DNA from: an uncultured Chitinophagaceae bacterium
GTDB lineage: Bacteria; Bacteroidota; Ignavibacteria; UBA10030; UBA8401
Assembly (NCBI GenBank): GCA_964439265.1
Contig: CAYTOA010000008.1
Location: forward strand, 19,087-83,086
Length of the DNA: 64,000 bases
Reading direction: 5' to 3'
Shown: positions 63,863 through 64,000 of the stretch, one piece after another
Position numbering within the stretch: the first letter of the stretch is position 1
How the letters are laid out: each line of letters begins with the position of its first letter
Notes under the pieces: generated by a model
Databases searched by the model: none
Seen by the model: the letters and a program-made list of their open reading frames with translations, nothing else
Told to the model about the DNA's origin: nothing
Position numbers and translations under genes: made by a program

Positions 63863-64000
63863 TATATTTACGTTCAGTATGCCGTTTGTGAAATCAACTG
63901 AAAAAAAATCCCGTCAACTTCTGCAAATAAACAATGACGTCATGCTTATGGATTCGACAACGTCAAGACGATCATTTCATGCAGCTTCATATCCGGTATG

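Overview
The window looks like a chromosomal segment from a Gram-negative bacterium of the Fibrobacteres-Chlorobi-Bacteroidetes type, possibly Ignavibacteria-like. That placement rests on the Kdo/Lpt genes and on three proteins ending in a type IX secretion (T9SS) sorting domain (NYPNPFNP...). All protein family calls come from motifs I recognise in the translations; no database search was run.

Layout:
- 1-7.5 kb (+): hrcA-grpE-dnaJ, a ComEA-like gene plus an orphan PilM-like gene, rsmD-coaD, an aspartate aminotransferase and an FmdB-type zinc ribbon.
- 7.5-8.0 kb: a palindromic repeat field.
- 8-35.7 kb (mostly -): a second aminotransferase translationally coupled to pckA, a T9SS S1/P1 nuclease, DAHP synthase and tyrA, a kdsA-X-kdsD-lptC-lptA-lptB operon, holA, a cyclophilin, ftsK-lolA, comB, tal-gcvT and rng.
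- 36-41.5 kb, accessory stretch: tRNA-Ala(CGC), the SRP RNA gene with a GIY-YIG gene inserted in its 3' end, a sugar C-methyltransferase islet, a MITE-like element, a 1.6 kb gene-poor stretch, a GT9-like glycosyltransferase and a GNAT.
- 42.3-45.8 kb: a pair of M16 peptidases.
- 45.9-63.9 kb (-), surface-polysaccharide locus: Wzi-like protein, a roughly 2240-aa T9SS cadherin-like protein, the priming sugar transferase, ugd, a four-helix-bundle gene, uxs, an rmd-like gene, gmd, fcl and a UDP-N-acetylhexosamine dehydrogenase.

Most notable observations:
1. A 388-bp GIY-YIG cassette sits in the 3' end of the SRP RNA gene and is flanked by a duplicated 43-nt SRP RNA tail.
2. Many operon-internal spacers are built almost entirely of degenerate heptanucleotide tandem arrays that follow the direction of transcription.
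3. An uncharacterised 260-aa gene is translationally coupled inside the Kdo/Lpt operon.
4. The giant adhesin contains about 2.5 near-identical 570-bp tandem copies.

I found no CRISPR array, no rRNA, no recognisable defence system and no recognisable transposase or integrase.
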